Source: Hyphochytrium catenoides
Taxonomy: Eukaryota > Protista > Hyphochytriomycota
NCBI GenBank assembly: GCA_900088475.1
Contig: FLMG01000335.1
Location: forward strand, 62,001 to 126,000
Reading direction: 5' to 3'
Length of the DNA: 64,000 bases
Positions within the stretch are counted from its first letter, which is position 1. Each line of letters starts with the position of its first letter. Positions 39,020 to 53,311 of the stretch are shown one piece after another. The translations under genes and the position numbers were made by a program. The notes beneath the pieces were generated by a model. It saw only the letters and a list, made by a program, of their open reading frames with translations, was not told the DNA's origin and searched no databases.

Positions 39020-41398
39020 TCACTCTGACGTGCCAGAGAGGCGTCCAATTAGCATACCATCACTTTCTTCATCACTATGGTCCGATTCCTGCTCACTACC
39101 GTTTGTCTCTACTTCGGGACGTGCTGTCACTTCATTCCTTTCCATCGTTGAGTCATTCTGCCAATTGAGGACCTCAGCGATGGGAGTTTGTAAAGCTAGA
39201 CATGGAAGAATATATAAAGCCATATCGGCTCGATATCAAGATTAAGAGATAGGAATGGTAAGAAGGACAGAAAGAAAGACCATCAGCTACCTTATCCTCT
39301 GCTGCTAACCCTAAGGTGGCATCTTTGGAGGCAGCTTTGTGCTGCCGTTTGCCTTTCTTTCCCTTTCTCCCTTTCTTCGACTTCCTGTTACCATCGGAAC
39401 GCTTTGAAGCCTCTTCTTCTACGGAGGAAAGGTGGAGAAAATGGGGTTAGATTATTATCGTTGTCGACTGATTTGTAGTTCGTAGGCCGGGGTGTGGGGC
39501 AAAATCTCTGACGAGCTTATGATCCACCTCGAGAGCTAGAGTCATGCTTGGCGTGGAATCAGATGAGAGTAAGACAAAGTTTCGAGAACCAATCTTGGCG
39601 TTATTCTTCTTTCTCCCCAATCTTCGTTACCTTCCAACTGCAGCATAGACAGCATTTGAGCAGCAGCTTCTTCTTCCAGCATCCTCCATTGAACTCGAAG
39701 CAGTTCAACGCAGGCCCTGCTGCCAACAGTTCCAATTCCTTCTGCCTCCTCTAAAGCTGTCTGTCCTTGAAAATTTCTTAGTCGGATGTCCGCCCCGCCT
39801 TGCTGGAGTGCGAGAACGCACTGTAGGTGGCCGCAGGAAGCAGCAAGGTGCATCGCAGTACTACCATCTAAATCCTGTATGTTCACTAACTCCGGACATC
39901 TATTGCGGGAAACTGTTAGGCTCGTATAAGGCCGACGGCGAGGACAGGCATGTAAAGTATGAATAGCACAACGATTATCTGAGAGAGAAGAGGGGAAAGT
40001 TCCGCACAGTGGAGAAGAGAGTAAAGGCAGCACTCTTTCTCAAAAGAACAAGGTTCTTTGCCATCCAAAGGCGCAGCTATCAACATTGGGAAGCCAGGAC
40101 CACAGACATCACCCACCACAGCTAGCGATCGAACATTTTATCCAGCAGAAGACAGTAAATGACCCTACCTTTCTAATAGCAAGCGCACAATGGTTGCCCT
40201 CGCCTCGTCGCTACCACCGTCGTCATTCTCCCCTAGCATGACAGCGCACATCAACGGTGTTGCCCCATAGTTGTTCGTCATAGCAACCTCCGCCTTGTAT
40301 CGCAATAGAACCTTCACTGCTTCTAGGTGACCCTCTATGCATGCCCATATAAGGGGTGTATCTATGCGAAGGAGACAATAGCAAGTGACTGAGCGATCCG
40401 TTCTCCTAAGTGAGCTAGTGATACTGCTGTTGGTTGGCATCTACTTCTTGGATTCTTCTCTCATCGAAAACCCATCCCGTTCCGCCGGCCCTTGTGGTAA
40501 CCTATCCTCCATTGGCCCTTGCCTTCATACAAAAGATGTTTACGGCGCTCATGGCCCCAGTTCACAGCTCACAACGCGGCTTCCTTTCAATGCGGTCCTG
40601 TGTCTATCCGCTGCTTGGGCCTACTGTCGGAGCTTTCTTTCTTTCTTTCGCTTGCCCCCATTATCTGTTTCTCCAATATCACTCGTCCATCCCAAAATGG
40701 GCGAAGAAAAGCTTACAACCCAGGTCTTACCTCCATTGACGTTGTCAGTGTTCACGGTCTTCGGCTTCTTCTTGCATAAGGCCTCAATGATCCTAACATT
40801 CCCAGACTGCAAGGTATGGAGGTGGAGAAGCAAAACTCGTCAAAATTAGCAGATTGTAGAGGAGGTATTCCTGAACGCCAGCGGTAAGGAAGTCGGGACC
40901 AAACAGAGAGAAGCAACAACGCGGTGGTAGCAGATGCCCGATGCTAAAGATAAACAAAGCGCTATATTTTCTTCTCCTTACCTTGGCCGCAAAATGCAGC
41001 GCGATACTGCCAAGCTCTAGGGTCCTGATCGTCAGCGATGCATTCTTCTCCAAAAGTAGGTTAACAATTTCTTCCTGCCCCTCTGCACAGGCTATCATTA
41101 AGGCTGTAAAGCCATCAACATCAGTCTGATTGACATGCACTTCTTTGTTATCAATCATCTGCCGCACGCCTTCTATATCGCCATCTGCGGCCGACTCGAA
41201 GAATAGAGCGGCGGCATTGTCTTCAGCCCGATCCGAAGCCGGGAGGGACAGGTGGACATTAGCAATTTGCGAAGCATTTGCCATGGGCATCTGCTGCACT
41301 GACTCTGCTGCATGGCGCAAAGACTGGAGAAGCCTTTGAGAGTACTCATCCTGCGGGAGCCGCTGTAACTCCTCTTCTAGGTCCTTGTAGGCGATCAT
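39020..41398 (-). CDS. Ankyrin-repeat protein (multi-exon)
   Basis: ANK motifs DVDGFTALMIACAEGQEEIVNLLL, GSIALHFAAK, DTPLIWACIEGHLEAVKVLL, NNYGATPLMCAV, DLDGSTAMHLAASCGHLQCV, NFQGQTALEEA, followed by a Lys-rich/acidic tail. Confidence 0.9.
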
Positions 41399-42150
41399 CA
41401 GTCTTCCGCTTCTGCTGCAACCCTCACGCTAAGTCATCTCAATGTTCTGTAGGCTCGACGCTAAGATAAATAGCACGCGGTTGGAGGTGCAACAACAGAC
41501 AAAAGAGACAATCTTGCTGCAGTTATGTTAGCCCATCAACATCATAGCGCGAACGATTGCAGCCTCATCCGCAGATGCTCGCAGATGCTTCGACCCCGTC
41601 CTGAGCCGTGCTGCTGCTTGGTTCAGCTATCATTCGCTCCTCTTCTCTTCAAGTGAGTCTCTCTGTCTAATAATGACCATTGGCTTCCGACAGCATTATT
41701 TTGAGAGAAAGAGCGATAAACATCAGAACCCATCATAGGCTGCGTTTTGAATAAAGGGCAGAAACCCATCCAGAGCTAGGATAATAACAATATTTATCTC
41801 TAACAAAATGGTCTAATGCCGTTACCGGCTCTTACTCTGGGTACCTTGACCGTCTTCCGTTCCGCCTTCCCAAGAGTCATCATACTACCATCATAGTATT
41901 TGTTGTCGGTCATCACTCATCACTATCAGCGGGCCAGCGCCGCAGCGCGACTCCACGCCCAGCTTTTCGGTTGCAAATGCAAATGCTTCGCCAAGCTACG
42001 ACTAGAAGCTTTCCGGTAGGGCTTTTAGCTCGGTGATTGGCGCTAAGCAGTGCAAGGATTGTCAGTTTTCTGAACTGCCATAGGTTGCAGCTACTCATGC
42101 AACACAGCGACTTGGTGTCTGGTAAGGTGTGATAGGACCGGGCGAATAAG

Positions 42151-42787
42151 ATGCTTGCACCACGCAAGCTCCCCTATGCCACACCCATAGAAGTAGTTCA
42201 CCAGATATTAAGCTTCGGGTACATCAATGCCCGGGATACTGTCTACGACATCGGATGTGGCGATGGCCGCTTTTTGATCGCAGCTGCAAAGGCGACAGGA
42301 GCTAAGTGTATAGGAATAGAGATTGACGAGAGTCGAGTCCAAGCTGCACGAGAGACCGCGAAAAAGGAGGGTGTAGGACATCTCGTGACAATAATTCAAA
42401 AGAACGCCTTGGAGTGCAATATCGCCGATGCTACCGTTGTTTTCCTGGCGCTTACCACTAGAGGAACCAGGTATGTAAGATGACGTCCCTTAGTTAATAA
42501 TGGGGCTATTCTGCGGCGTTGAAGTCTAACTCCTCTCGTCAAGAATAATTCTCCCTCTTCTTCAACAGATTAAGCACAAAGCTAGGGTCTTGTCGTACTT
42601 GTTTCGTTGTGACGGACTTGAGACTGCATTTGAATGCAAGCGGACATGTCAACGCGATGACAAGATGAAAAGCATCTTTCCTCTTTACGTCTACCAGCTC
42701 CCGCTAATGAAGGAGAATATACTTGCCGAAGGCGGTGGAAATGAAGCGGACCACGATAAAGAAGGGGGACCTGAAGGAAAGCACTGA
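42151..42787 (+). CDS. Class I SAM-dependent methyltransferase (FAM173/ATPSCKMT-like small KMT family); intron 42471-42543
   Basis: PYATPIEVV; motif I VYDIGCGDGRFLIAAAK; post-I CIGIEID; ADATVVFL; RVLSYLF. Confidence 0.88.
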
Positions 42788-42970
42788 GAACTGAAAGCAC
42801 CACCTTGGCAACATCCAACGACAAGAATCGCCAGACATTCTCACTAGTCGTAGAAGAAGCGACCAGGAAGTTCCGGCAATCTCTGCAAAGCACCATACTT
42901 AGGCATCGCCTTGCTGAGAAGCCGCCTCTGCAGTGTTACGGTGATAGAGGCTAGGAGCATATGCTCTGTG

Positions 42971-43389
42971 CTAGAAGCGATGTTTATTCTTTATCTCAAA
43001 GAGCCATTTGTCATCATCTAATGAATGCGCTTTCTCGCGTAACGTAGCGAGTACTTCTTCCAGAACCTCTGCGCGATCACATAGCGAGGTTAAGATAACT
43101 GTCCTCCTGTACGGGAGTGTGTACTCTTACCCTTGCTTGAGGCCTCCTTGTCATCCAAATAGGAATCCACCTTCTCGGCTTTAGTCACCCATCGGTCGGT
43201 ACTGAAGTCATCTAATGTTAAGTGAGCGTGAGACCACTTCTTGGCGCTTTAATATCTCTCAAAATCACCTGAAGTTCGTCTAGGCCTCCTCATCGTCGCC
43301 TTTAGGGCTGGCGTGGATCTTGCGGCATTTGTTGCTATATCATCGGTGCCTCTGCTTCTTCTCACGGCCCGCTCTCTGTGAGCACTCAT
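42971..43389 (-). CDS. 99-aa spliced microprotein, possibly APC/C subunit APC16-like; exons 43389-43269, 43211-43131, 43068-42971
   Basis: Three exons (121+81+98 = 300 nt) with GT-AG introns give MSAHRERAVRR...DDFSTDRWVTKAEKVDSYLDDKEASSKEVLEEVLATLREKAHSLDDDKWLFEIKNKHRF*. Confidence 0.6.
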
Positions 43390-44004
43390 TGCTTTTCGTT
43401 CTTTGGAATTACCTTGCCTTCACTTCATAACAGAACTCAGTCTGTTCCTCTTCGCCCTCCAGACCGATTAGGTCGTGGGTTGAACGTCTCTGTAAGGTGG
43501 CATGTATGTCTCCCGCGCTTAGAGCTATAATAAGGGTGGCTGAGCAGCAGTGAACAAGGGGAGAAGGTCAGCTCTTTGCAATCTGCCGCCAAGAGTCTTG
43601 ACTCTACAGTATTATTATTGGATTGCGGCAGAAGCCAGAAAGTTGAGTACACAGTACTTCGCCAAGTGAGAGAGAAGAGAAAAGCGGCGACTGAGACTGT
43701 AGAATTCACCCATTATTGTAGAACTAGGAATTACAAAGTCTGGTACTTTGGTCTTTAGAATTGTAGTTTTACTATTTGGTGATGGCAGCACAGGACCTCT
43801 GTGGTACAAAGTTGGATGACATCTCTTTGCCAGAAGCCAACATCAGTCATCAAATGTCAAGCAAGACGCGTCAGAGCTTTCTTGGCATTCTAGAGCTTTC
43901 TTGGCTCACGCGAGGCAGCTGCTGAAACAATGAACATAGATTTCACGACCAGGCACGACATGCGCAAGATCAAGCATGTTTGAGCCAGAATCCTGCCGGA
44001 GAGA

Positions 44005-44484
44005 ATGAAGCGAGGAAACGGAGAAGGAGGTAAAGACTCTATATTCTCCAACAAGCGGCACGAAAGGCACAGCTCATCGCCCAAGACTGATTGTCGCGAT
44101 GACGAGCGCATGTGTCAAAGTAGAGATACCAGAGTAACTTCCTCAAATGACTTCGAGCGAGCTATTGGGTACGGAGCGTATTTGGCTCCCACTGTAGCTT
44201 CTTCACAGGTTCCTATTGGTATCCGGCATCAAGCGTCTGTGTCAGACCATCCAGCATGCATCCAAAAGCCATTGGGGACTGTCGAACAAGCTACCATGGA
44301 TCAAGATTCAGCCTTCAGAGCACGTGGTCATGACTCCAGTCCTCTGCCATCTCCTACGATGATCACGCCCAATTCCAGGGCACACAGTCACGTGTGGCTA
44401 AAGCCACCAGAAGTTGAGCATCACACTCGAGTCGGCGATGATTTTCAGGTCTTAGACCTACCCGATTATCGTCCACGTTGTTAA
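44005..44484 (+). CDS. Hypothetical protein ending in an ELM2-like N-terminal motif
   Basis: 159-aa ORF, mostly disordered, with C-terminal HHTRVGDDFQVLDLPDY resembling the ELM2 IRVG..FQA.IP motif. Confidence 0.55.
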   Translation: MKRGNGEGGKDSIFSNKRHERHSSSPKTDCRDDERMCQSRDTRVTSSNDFERAIGYGAYLAPTVASSQVPIGIRHQASVSDHPACIQKPLGTVEQATMDQDSAFRARGHDSSPLPSPTMITPNSRAHSHVWLKPPEVEHHTRVGDDFQVLDLPDYRPRC

Positions 44485-44601
44485 CGTGGCCAACTTGTGC
44501 AGCTTGGGCATATCAACACATAAAGACAATTGAAGATTATATGTTAGAGCTACCGCTGAGCAGCACTGCATAAATAGCAAGGTATGGCAGTTGTGCTTGG
44601 T

Positions 44602-46196
44602 TCAGGAGTACTCTGGAGGTACTGCCTCTTTCCTTCCATGGAAATATACCTTTCCTGCCTCATACGAGGTGATCACTGGATGAAACAAAGCCATTAGACA
44701 ACCAAGCATTAGCCAAGCAAGATACGGCACTTAGGCGACTTACTTATTGCGCAAGCCGGAGCCACTTTGGCTACCCGGGCTACAAAGAGGAGGGGCGTCA
44801 ATATTATCGTGACAGTTTATCATGATTAATGCAGGAAAGGCTTACCGACTGTGCCAGCCATTAGCGCCTTGATGCCCCCTTTGGCGTGTATGCTTCTAAA
44901 GGAGTGCAATAGGCCCATCAGCTCTGAAGACTCTTTGCGCCCATCGGTTATCTGAATCTGTTGGTGAGTTTTCACGACATCAAATGGTGTGGTCAATGTA
45001 GCGGCCACAACGCCCGATGCCAGGCCGGCCAGGAAAGACACCTACAACCAAGACAGGTCAGCTTTTCGTAAGTATTCTCATACTAAACCATGGAGTTATC
45101 CACCTCCACTATCGAAATATCTGGATAACGGCGCTTCAGCGCCACTTTAATATTTTCGAACCCCGTCCAGTATACTGCTGAGAATGCCACATCCCTATAG
45201 AGGGTTGCTTGAAGGCCCTTGAAACCGGCCGCTGTAAAGGAGAGTCCAGAGCTTCAGCGCCACAAGTATCTTCCGAAGTGCACTCTTCCATAATCTCTTT
45301 TACCTTCGCCATAAATAAGCTTGATGTTCTTCATTAAGCCCAAGTGACCGAACTCTCTCGTCATCATCCTGGTTCGCAGAATCTCCAGCGGAGCTACAGC
45401 GACTGTTGTCAAAGCTCGGGCTGTCGAACCGGTGACCATAGGGACGAACGGCTGGACAGTTGGAGAGCAATGCTTCGAGCTGTAGCTTTGTAAATAGTCA
45501 TACGTAGTATAGTACAAAACGTTGGAGGGGATCAAACTCCAAAGGGTGGGTTGTAAGCCTGTCAAATGCCATTAAAGCGACCTTCCATGTTAGGCCCTTG
45601 TACAGAGGAAGGGAACCTAGATTGCCAGAAGCAAGTAGAGAATCAAGTGGAGCGAGGTCCTGAATGGAGCTCAAGACCCAGGAGAGACTATCAAAGCGAG
45701 CGATGAAGCAGGATCCGAGGGAAGATGTCGCCTTAGCGGACTGCCATCCTTTTATAGCTTACCTGACCAGAGGTAAAGAGGTCCCTCTCTGCGTGCAATG
45801 GTGAACATGGCGTGGACAGTTCCTTTGTACAAATGCCCCCTACCAGCGTCAGCAGTTGACTTTACGCTTTGCGCTTGCAGGCGTGTCTTTACCACGTCTA
45901 GAGGGGTCACCTAGCAGTCCAAATGAATGACGGTCCTAACGTGGACGCTCACAACTAGAAGTGTACTGACTTACAAAAAGTGATGTGACAGCCCCTCCGA
46001 CGGTCGCAGCTGTGAACTTTTCCAGTAGCTCACGAATGGGAAAGAGTGCTTCTTGCCTGGTTATGGTCGTCGAGCTCATGTCCGGCATAGGTAGTTCAAT
46101 AACCGCACCACTACTCCCACTCCTAGCCAGACTAACCCCCGATGACCCTACGGCTCCCGCCGCGGGTCTCCAAGCGTTACAAGTTGGGCCAACCAT
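44602..46196 (-). CDS. SLC25A39: Mitochondrial carrier, SLC25A39/40 (yeast Mtm1)-like
   Basis: Three carrier signatures: VTPLDVVKTRLQ, APLEILRTRM, TTPFDVVKTHQQ. Also GLQPTLWSLIPSNVLYYTTYD, TLYRDVAFSAVYWTGFE, VAKVAPACAI|VISSYEAGK. Stop at 44602. Confidence 0.88.
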
Positions 46197-47053
46197 TTAG
46201 AGCCAGCGTAACATGGCCCGAACTAGATAAATGGGAGACTCAAACAACAGAATCAGACATCGCCTTCAAATCTCCGGACTAGGTGACCACCGGAAGGAGA
46301 TCAACCTTTATCACCGGTGTTCATGGACTGGGGAAAAGTAGCAGTTAGCAGTGGTTCAGGAGTCAAGCAAGGCTGATAGACATCGCGAGCTTATCGGGTG
46401 ATGTCATTCATAGTAATAATCAATGCATTTGTCAAGCTTCGGCTCATGCATCTTAAGCTGTCTCTGCTTCTGATGTGAAAAGTGGGTAGAAATTCCTTCT
46501 CGGTGCTTCTATCCACTTCTTTCTTCTTTCCTTGATTGATGGGCATAGTCTTTAAGTCTTTGAAAGCCCCTACTGGCTCTATCCCATTGGAAATATTGAA
46601 GGACTTAAAGAGCCATCTGGACCCCCACCGAACGTCTTGTGCGTCCGACCATGTACATCTCGTTCACTATTCCCTGAAAGAAACACTGAGTCATCCTCCG
46701 TGTCAAGACCTCCAGAACCCCTACTTCTGGGGTTTGGTTTCCTACAGCTTGGGTTTGGTCTGAGCTTCGTACAAATGCTCTCAAGCGTTAGATTTGTCTG
46801 AGTCCATTGTCAAGGTCTGGAAGTCTTCATCAGACGGCGTTGTTGGCTTTATGTGAAGCTTCAAGGCTGGTTCCCAATAGATCTTTCCTAGTCCTCGCCC
46901 CGCGGGATATCGTCTCTCAACTGCTGGAACACAACCATTACGCAATCTACCAGTTATAGTTCTACGTGTTCCTGACGGATATCTCTGAACTGTCCGGCCC
47001 ATTGATGCCAGCAGCCGCGACCTAAGGGGAATTCTCCAGACTCTACAAGGACC

Positions 47054-48371
<1,318 letters not shown>

Positions 48372-48429
48372 ATCTAAGTTAATAAACCCACGTTAGCCCC
48401 ATATGGGACAATGCGTGGCAACGTCCCTA

Positions 48430-51400
48430 AGGCACTCAGGCTCCCCATGGTGGTACTGTGTGTCTCTAAGGCCCCCACTTCCGAAAGGCGTGCACCTTTC
48501 TTCTATCCCCAGACAGGGACCTAGCTTGAAATAGCTCAAGGTTGCTTGTACGCTGGGTGAAAAGATAGAAAAGGTGGATCGATCGCTGGAATAAGTTGCT
48601 ACCTCAAGGCCCTATATGCCTGATCCTATTTTCTAATAGTAAAACGACTGACATATACTGCAGTCTCTCTTGGGGATGTTCTCCTCTGCATTGATTGGAG
48701 TTCGTAGCAGGTCCAAAACAGTGCTTGTGCTTGCGCTGAATGTGGCACTATTTCAAGACCAGTCGTCGGAGTCTGAAGCTGACTCTGTCTCATCTCCCTG
48801 TGTACCGACCAGTCCTCGTGCTGCCATTGCTGCTGACAAAGCATTTCCAAGTCTGAAAGAGTACAGAGGGGTAATGGCAACTTGCGTCATAACTCGGGAA
48901 GAACAAAAGGGAGAGCGCAGGGTCTGAACAAGAAGAGGAAGCGGGCGGAACGTTACTTACAAACCCCCGCCAACAACTGATATTTCTTGCGCTCTTGTAG
49001 TGGTCTCTGGAACTGGCTGTGGCGCTGCTGGAAGAGTCAGTGATGGAGATGACCTTGATAGCCCATCCTTAGCGTTACTGGAGTCGGGTTTCGAACTCCA
49101 GGATGGTAAGTTATCAGCACTGTCACTGCCGGATTCGCTTGTCTCTGCCCCTCCGGGCGAGGGCTGTCGAGGAGAGTGCGTAAAGGAAGAGGGGACCCTA
49201 CCTTCCCTCTTGCTAAGGCCCGAAGGTAAAGGAGGAGTTATGGAGAGCTTGGACATTGTTGACTTGAGGTCGTAATGTCTGTCTCCTTGTGAGGGCGAGC
49301 TTGGTGGGTTGGACGCTATACGGGAGGAGTCTTCTCCAACGTTAAGTCTTGGGGAAGGAGTGATTGCACTCTTGCTTGGTAATGGCTTCATTGCGGAACT
49401 CGTCATGCTAATATTCTCTTGTGGAGTGAGACTTCCGCTGGGATGCTGAAGACTGGTCTCCCCTTCCTCTTCCTTCTGTCGAGCCAGTCNNNNNNNNNNN
49501 NNNNNNNNNNNNNAAGTAAGCGTGGTCAATTTTTTCCGTCGGCTGAACCTACAACAAGAATTTAGGTCCTACTTGCTGCACTCGGGTTGGTTGGACCTGC
49601 TTCAACTGCGCGCCTTGTCTGATCGAAGCCAATAGGTCACCCATTCCAGGTGGTCCTAAAAATAGTACTTTAGGTCAAGTGCATCAGATTGGCAGGATAG
49701 TAGAAAGGGATGTGATCACAGTCAAAGTGATGCCATAGAGCTCTTCTGGAGTAAACCGCACAAGATAAGACAGATCGCAGGAGTTGTGTAGTCTAATTTT
49801 CCACAAAGGTGCGACCGACCATGGAAAGGATTCGCCAATTGTGTAGGAAGCATTCTTGATTCTGCATCCATTTCCATTCTTTTTGCACCTAATGAGCAAG
49901 GAAAAACGTTTAATGGTGGTCTTGAGGCTTTTTGAGTGGACGACATAAAGGAGTACAGACGAGAAGCGATCTTCTCCTGGATAGAGGTGCGGGGAGTATT
50001 GCCGGCCGGACCGCCGGGCGGTGGAGGGGGAACGGATGAGGCAACAGATCGAACGCTGGCTCTTGAAGTGCCACTGGGTACTCTTGGACGACTGCATCGT
50101 ACGCACAGCTGTTAGTTTCCAACTTCATCCACATAGCAAGCATAAGCAACAAACCCCTAATGCAGAAAGCATAAACGATAATACAGACACTGATTGCTCC
50201 GAGACACGAGTATGAAGGAACACATACCTCGCTGAGCTCCACAAACTATCTCCATCATCATCACTGCTACTATCAAACAAGCCCTTGCCTTGCTTGCTTC
50301 TGGCTGTAAGGGATGACAGGGGAAGAGCAGTGTAGGATGGCAATCAAGTCCATAAGGAGGTCAGCGTAGGCTATCAGCATCCAGACGTATCGTACATTGT
50401 GCTTTAGCTCCAGGCGGCGATACAGAACGAGGTACGGCCATTCCAGCGGTGAAGAGCTCTCTGCCATCATCGGCTCTCGAGCTGCAGGGGTTTAACTTAG
50501 GGAACTTCAAAATGGTCCGGGAAGACAAACCGAATCAACCGCATAACACATAGAGCTGCGGTAACAGTGTAGCAGCCAACACTTTCTTGATACCATGATC
50601 ATGAGAACAAGTGCGGGAAGCGTACTAGCAGGAAGCGGGGAGATTCAATACAGAAGGGAGGTTTGGGTGAAATGAATCGTCCGCAGAACAGGCTGCATTC
50701 ATCAGGGGCTTGGTCCTACATTTTGGCAAGATTCCTTGCGTTTAGCCGATGGAGTCGCTGCCCACCGCTTACGCTTACGCTGCTAGTACTCGCTGAAAAG
50801 GAGACCGCAGAGGTAGTTGAGAAGACGCTATCATCTTCCTCATCACTGCCATCATCATCGCTACCTAGGCGGTAATCATACATTAGGGATGAAATTGCAG
50901 TTCATGGCGGACTATCGTTAAGAAATAAACAGATGGCGTGCTATTACCAAACGAGGCGAAAGGAGTTACCTTCCAGAAATGATGGAGTGTATCGAGAGGA
51001 GTATGCGCTTCCTTCATGAGTGGGAAGGGGGGGAGGACTGTCAGGGGGAAGGGGCGGAGCATCCGTGGCTAGGGGAAAGCAGCTGGTTAGGAAATCTCGC
51101 CATAAAGGTTGAGGGTTCCCCCAAAGGATAAACCTCTTACAGTCAGAGCCGTCGGAGTCATCGACATCATCCTCGTGGTCCCTAGGCAGTGGGGGAGGCT
51201 CGTCATCCTTTACTCTGCTTCTGTATTTGATTCGATGCGACATCGGCTCTTCTTCCGGTAGAGGAGGAGCTATTGAAGGACAGATGTTAGAAGTTACAGT
51301 GGAAGGATTATTCAGAAGGATTAATCAGTCCCCTACATACACTGACGGACGAGAAGGCAAGAAAAGGGGTGGAAAGGAGATGGAGATAGCGCTGCTCAAA

Positions 51401-53311
51401 GGGGAGAAGAGGAGATTTAGCAATTGAGAAAAGAAAAGAGTAAAGATTAATGTCTCGTGGAGTGATAGAATCCACGCGGAAGGGCGCTACTTGAGGAGCG
51501 TGCTAGCACCAACCGGCGTCAGGGGGTGGTATGTGGAGTTTTGGCTTTGGCGTATATCTCTCCGTAACCTTTGGAACCAACTTGTCCACTCCTTCTACTC
51601 GACCTCCAGCAGCGTCACGAAGACGTTTGTCATAGGTCGCCCGCTTGACACGCTCCTCATTCTGCTTTAACCTGGAAGGATCAAGAGAAAAGGTGGGGGA
51701 TCAGTAAAAGAACAGAGTGAACTAAAGAAAAGAGTAGTATATGGAGGAGACGACAAATGGAATTTTCGGCGGTGCACAGCAGTCTTTGGAATTAACCGGT
51801 ATGGATGCGACGATCTAATGAAAGAAGGATCGCTAATGACAGGCATGAGCCACGTTCACTCTCTGTTGAAATGAGGGTGGCGAGTGCAAAAGCTGAAGGC
51901 AGAAGATAGCATGGATAACACACGCCACCACGCTCACCTCCTGGCCCTACGACGTCGAGCCTCCAGAATCTTTTGAGTCTCCTCATCTACCGTGCCAAAC
52001 TCAATCCTTCTTTCTAAAGGAGTGAGCTTGGCAATCCGCTGGAAGCAAGAAACCAAAGCCAGACAACGATACCATCCATCCTCGGTAAGAACAGGGAAAG
52101 GTAAGAACTCGTAAGTCGGGGACGCTAACCTCATCCTCTTCTCTTTTCTGTCTCAGCATCTCCTCGTACTTTAGTTTCCTTTTCTGCAGCACAGGAAACA
52201 GGTGTGTCATGATGTGGCCCAAATTCGGAGGACCAATACACCGAGAGAGAATCGAGCATCATCCAAAATACTACTGACCTCAAGCTTCGCTTGACGTTTC
52301 CTCTCCTTCTCTTCCTCTATTTTCCGTAGTCGCGCTTTCTCCTTGTGCCGCTGGCGCTTTAGTTCCTTAGCGGGCTCACTGTTGGAGTCCAAAGCGGCAG
52401 TCAATAAATAAACCCAGCGCTCCAAGTCCAGCCTGTTCAGTGCTACAGGACGAGAAGTGGGAAGATTACTTAGGGCATACAAAAGGAAAGCGATAGTTGT
52501 CAGCAGGAGATAGGGTACCTGATACGAACATTGCCTTGCCCCCGTCAAACCGAAGCTGAAGGCCATAGTTCGCATCCTTGGACAGGAGGACAGGGTCATC
52601 CCACTGACAGAAGAAGTTCACCTTTTAATAAGGGACATGGCTTAGTACATGGACAGAGGCCGTGGAGGAGTGGAATAACGATGGTCTGAGGGAGGACGAA
52701 TAGAGCTGGAGGAGAGACTTCTTATAAAAGATGTTAGGGAGGACTGGCTATTGTCAGAGAGGACAATGTGGAGGGAAAGGAGAGAGCGAGAGAGCCTGTG
52801 CGTGTGTGAGAGAGAGGGGGTGAGAGAGAGAGAGTGAGGCGGAGAGAGAAAGAAGCAGAGCAACAGGGACGACTGGGAAACTGAGTTGCAGCGACACCTT
52901 CCCCTCCTCCATGACTGGGCCGTTAAGGACGTCCTCTTTCCTCCGGTAGAACTTCAGCCTTCGGCCATAGAGCTCGCAATAACGATCCTCCCTAAGTCAT
53001 GCGCAGGTCGTTAAGAAGAAGGAAATGGCAACAAGCGCCAGGAGGAACGCACATGAGAACATGTCCATCACTAGAGATCTGCAAATATAAAGCAAGGGAA
53101 CAAGAGGCGCCTTCTTATCGGAGACTCACATCGTATACTTAGGCTCCTCATGTTTCTCGTCTAATCTTTCTCTCTGTACATTCCCTCCGCTGGTCGTTAC
53201 TCTATGGGCTTGGCTCTTTACATACTGCGTCACCTTCTGCTGCGTTCGTTCTGAAGGCCAATGCCGCACCCGCACGCGCAAGTAGCCGACCCCAAGGAGC
53301 GGGCCCGGCAT
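48430..53311 (-). CDS. PH-domain protein with coiled coil and Pro/Ser/acidic tail (many exons; 3' end uncertain)
   Basis: GYLRVR..., EDRYCELYGRRLKFYRRKED, YGLQLRFDGGKAMFVS|ALNRLDLERWVYLLTAAL (PH C-terminal helix with conserved Trp), then an E/K/R coiled coil and PPPLP repeats. Confidence 0.7.
49490..49513. other. Assembly gap (N run)
   Basis: Run of N. Confidence 0.99.
52780..52860. repeat. Imperfect (GA)n low-complexity tract in an intron of the PH gene
   Basis: GAGAGAG runs are visible. Confidence 0.7.
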
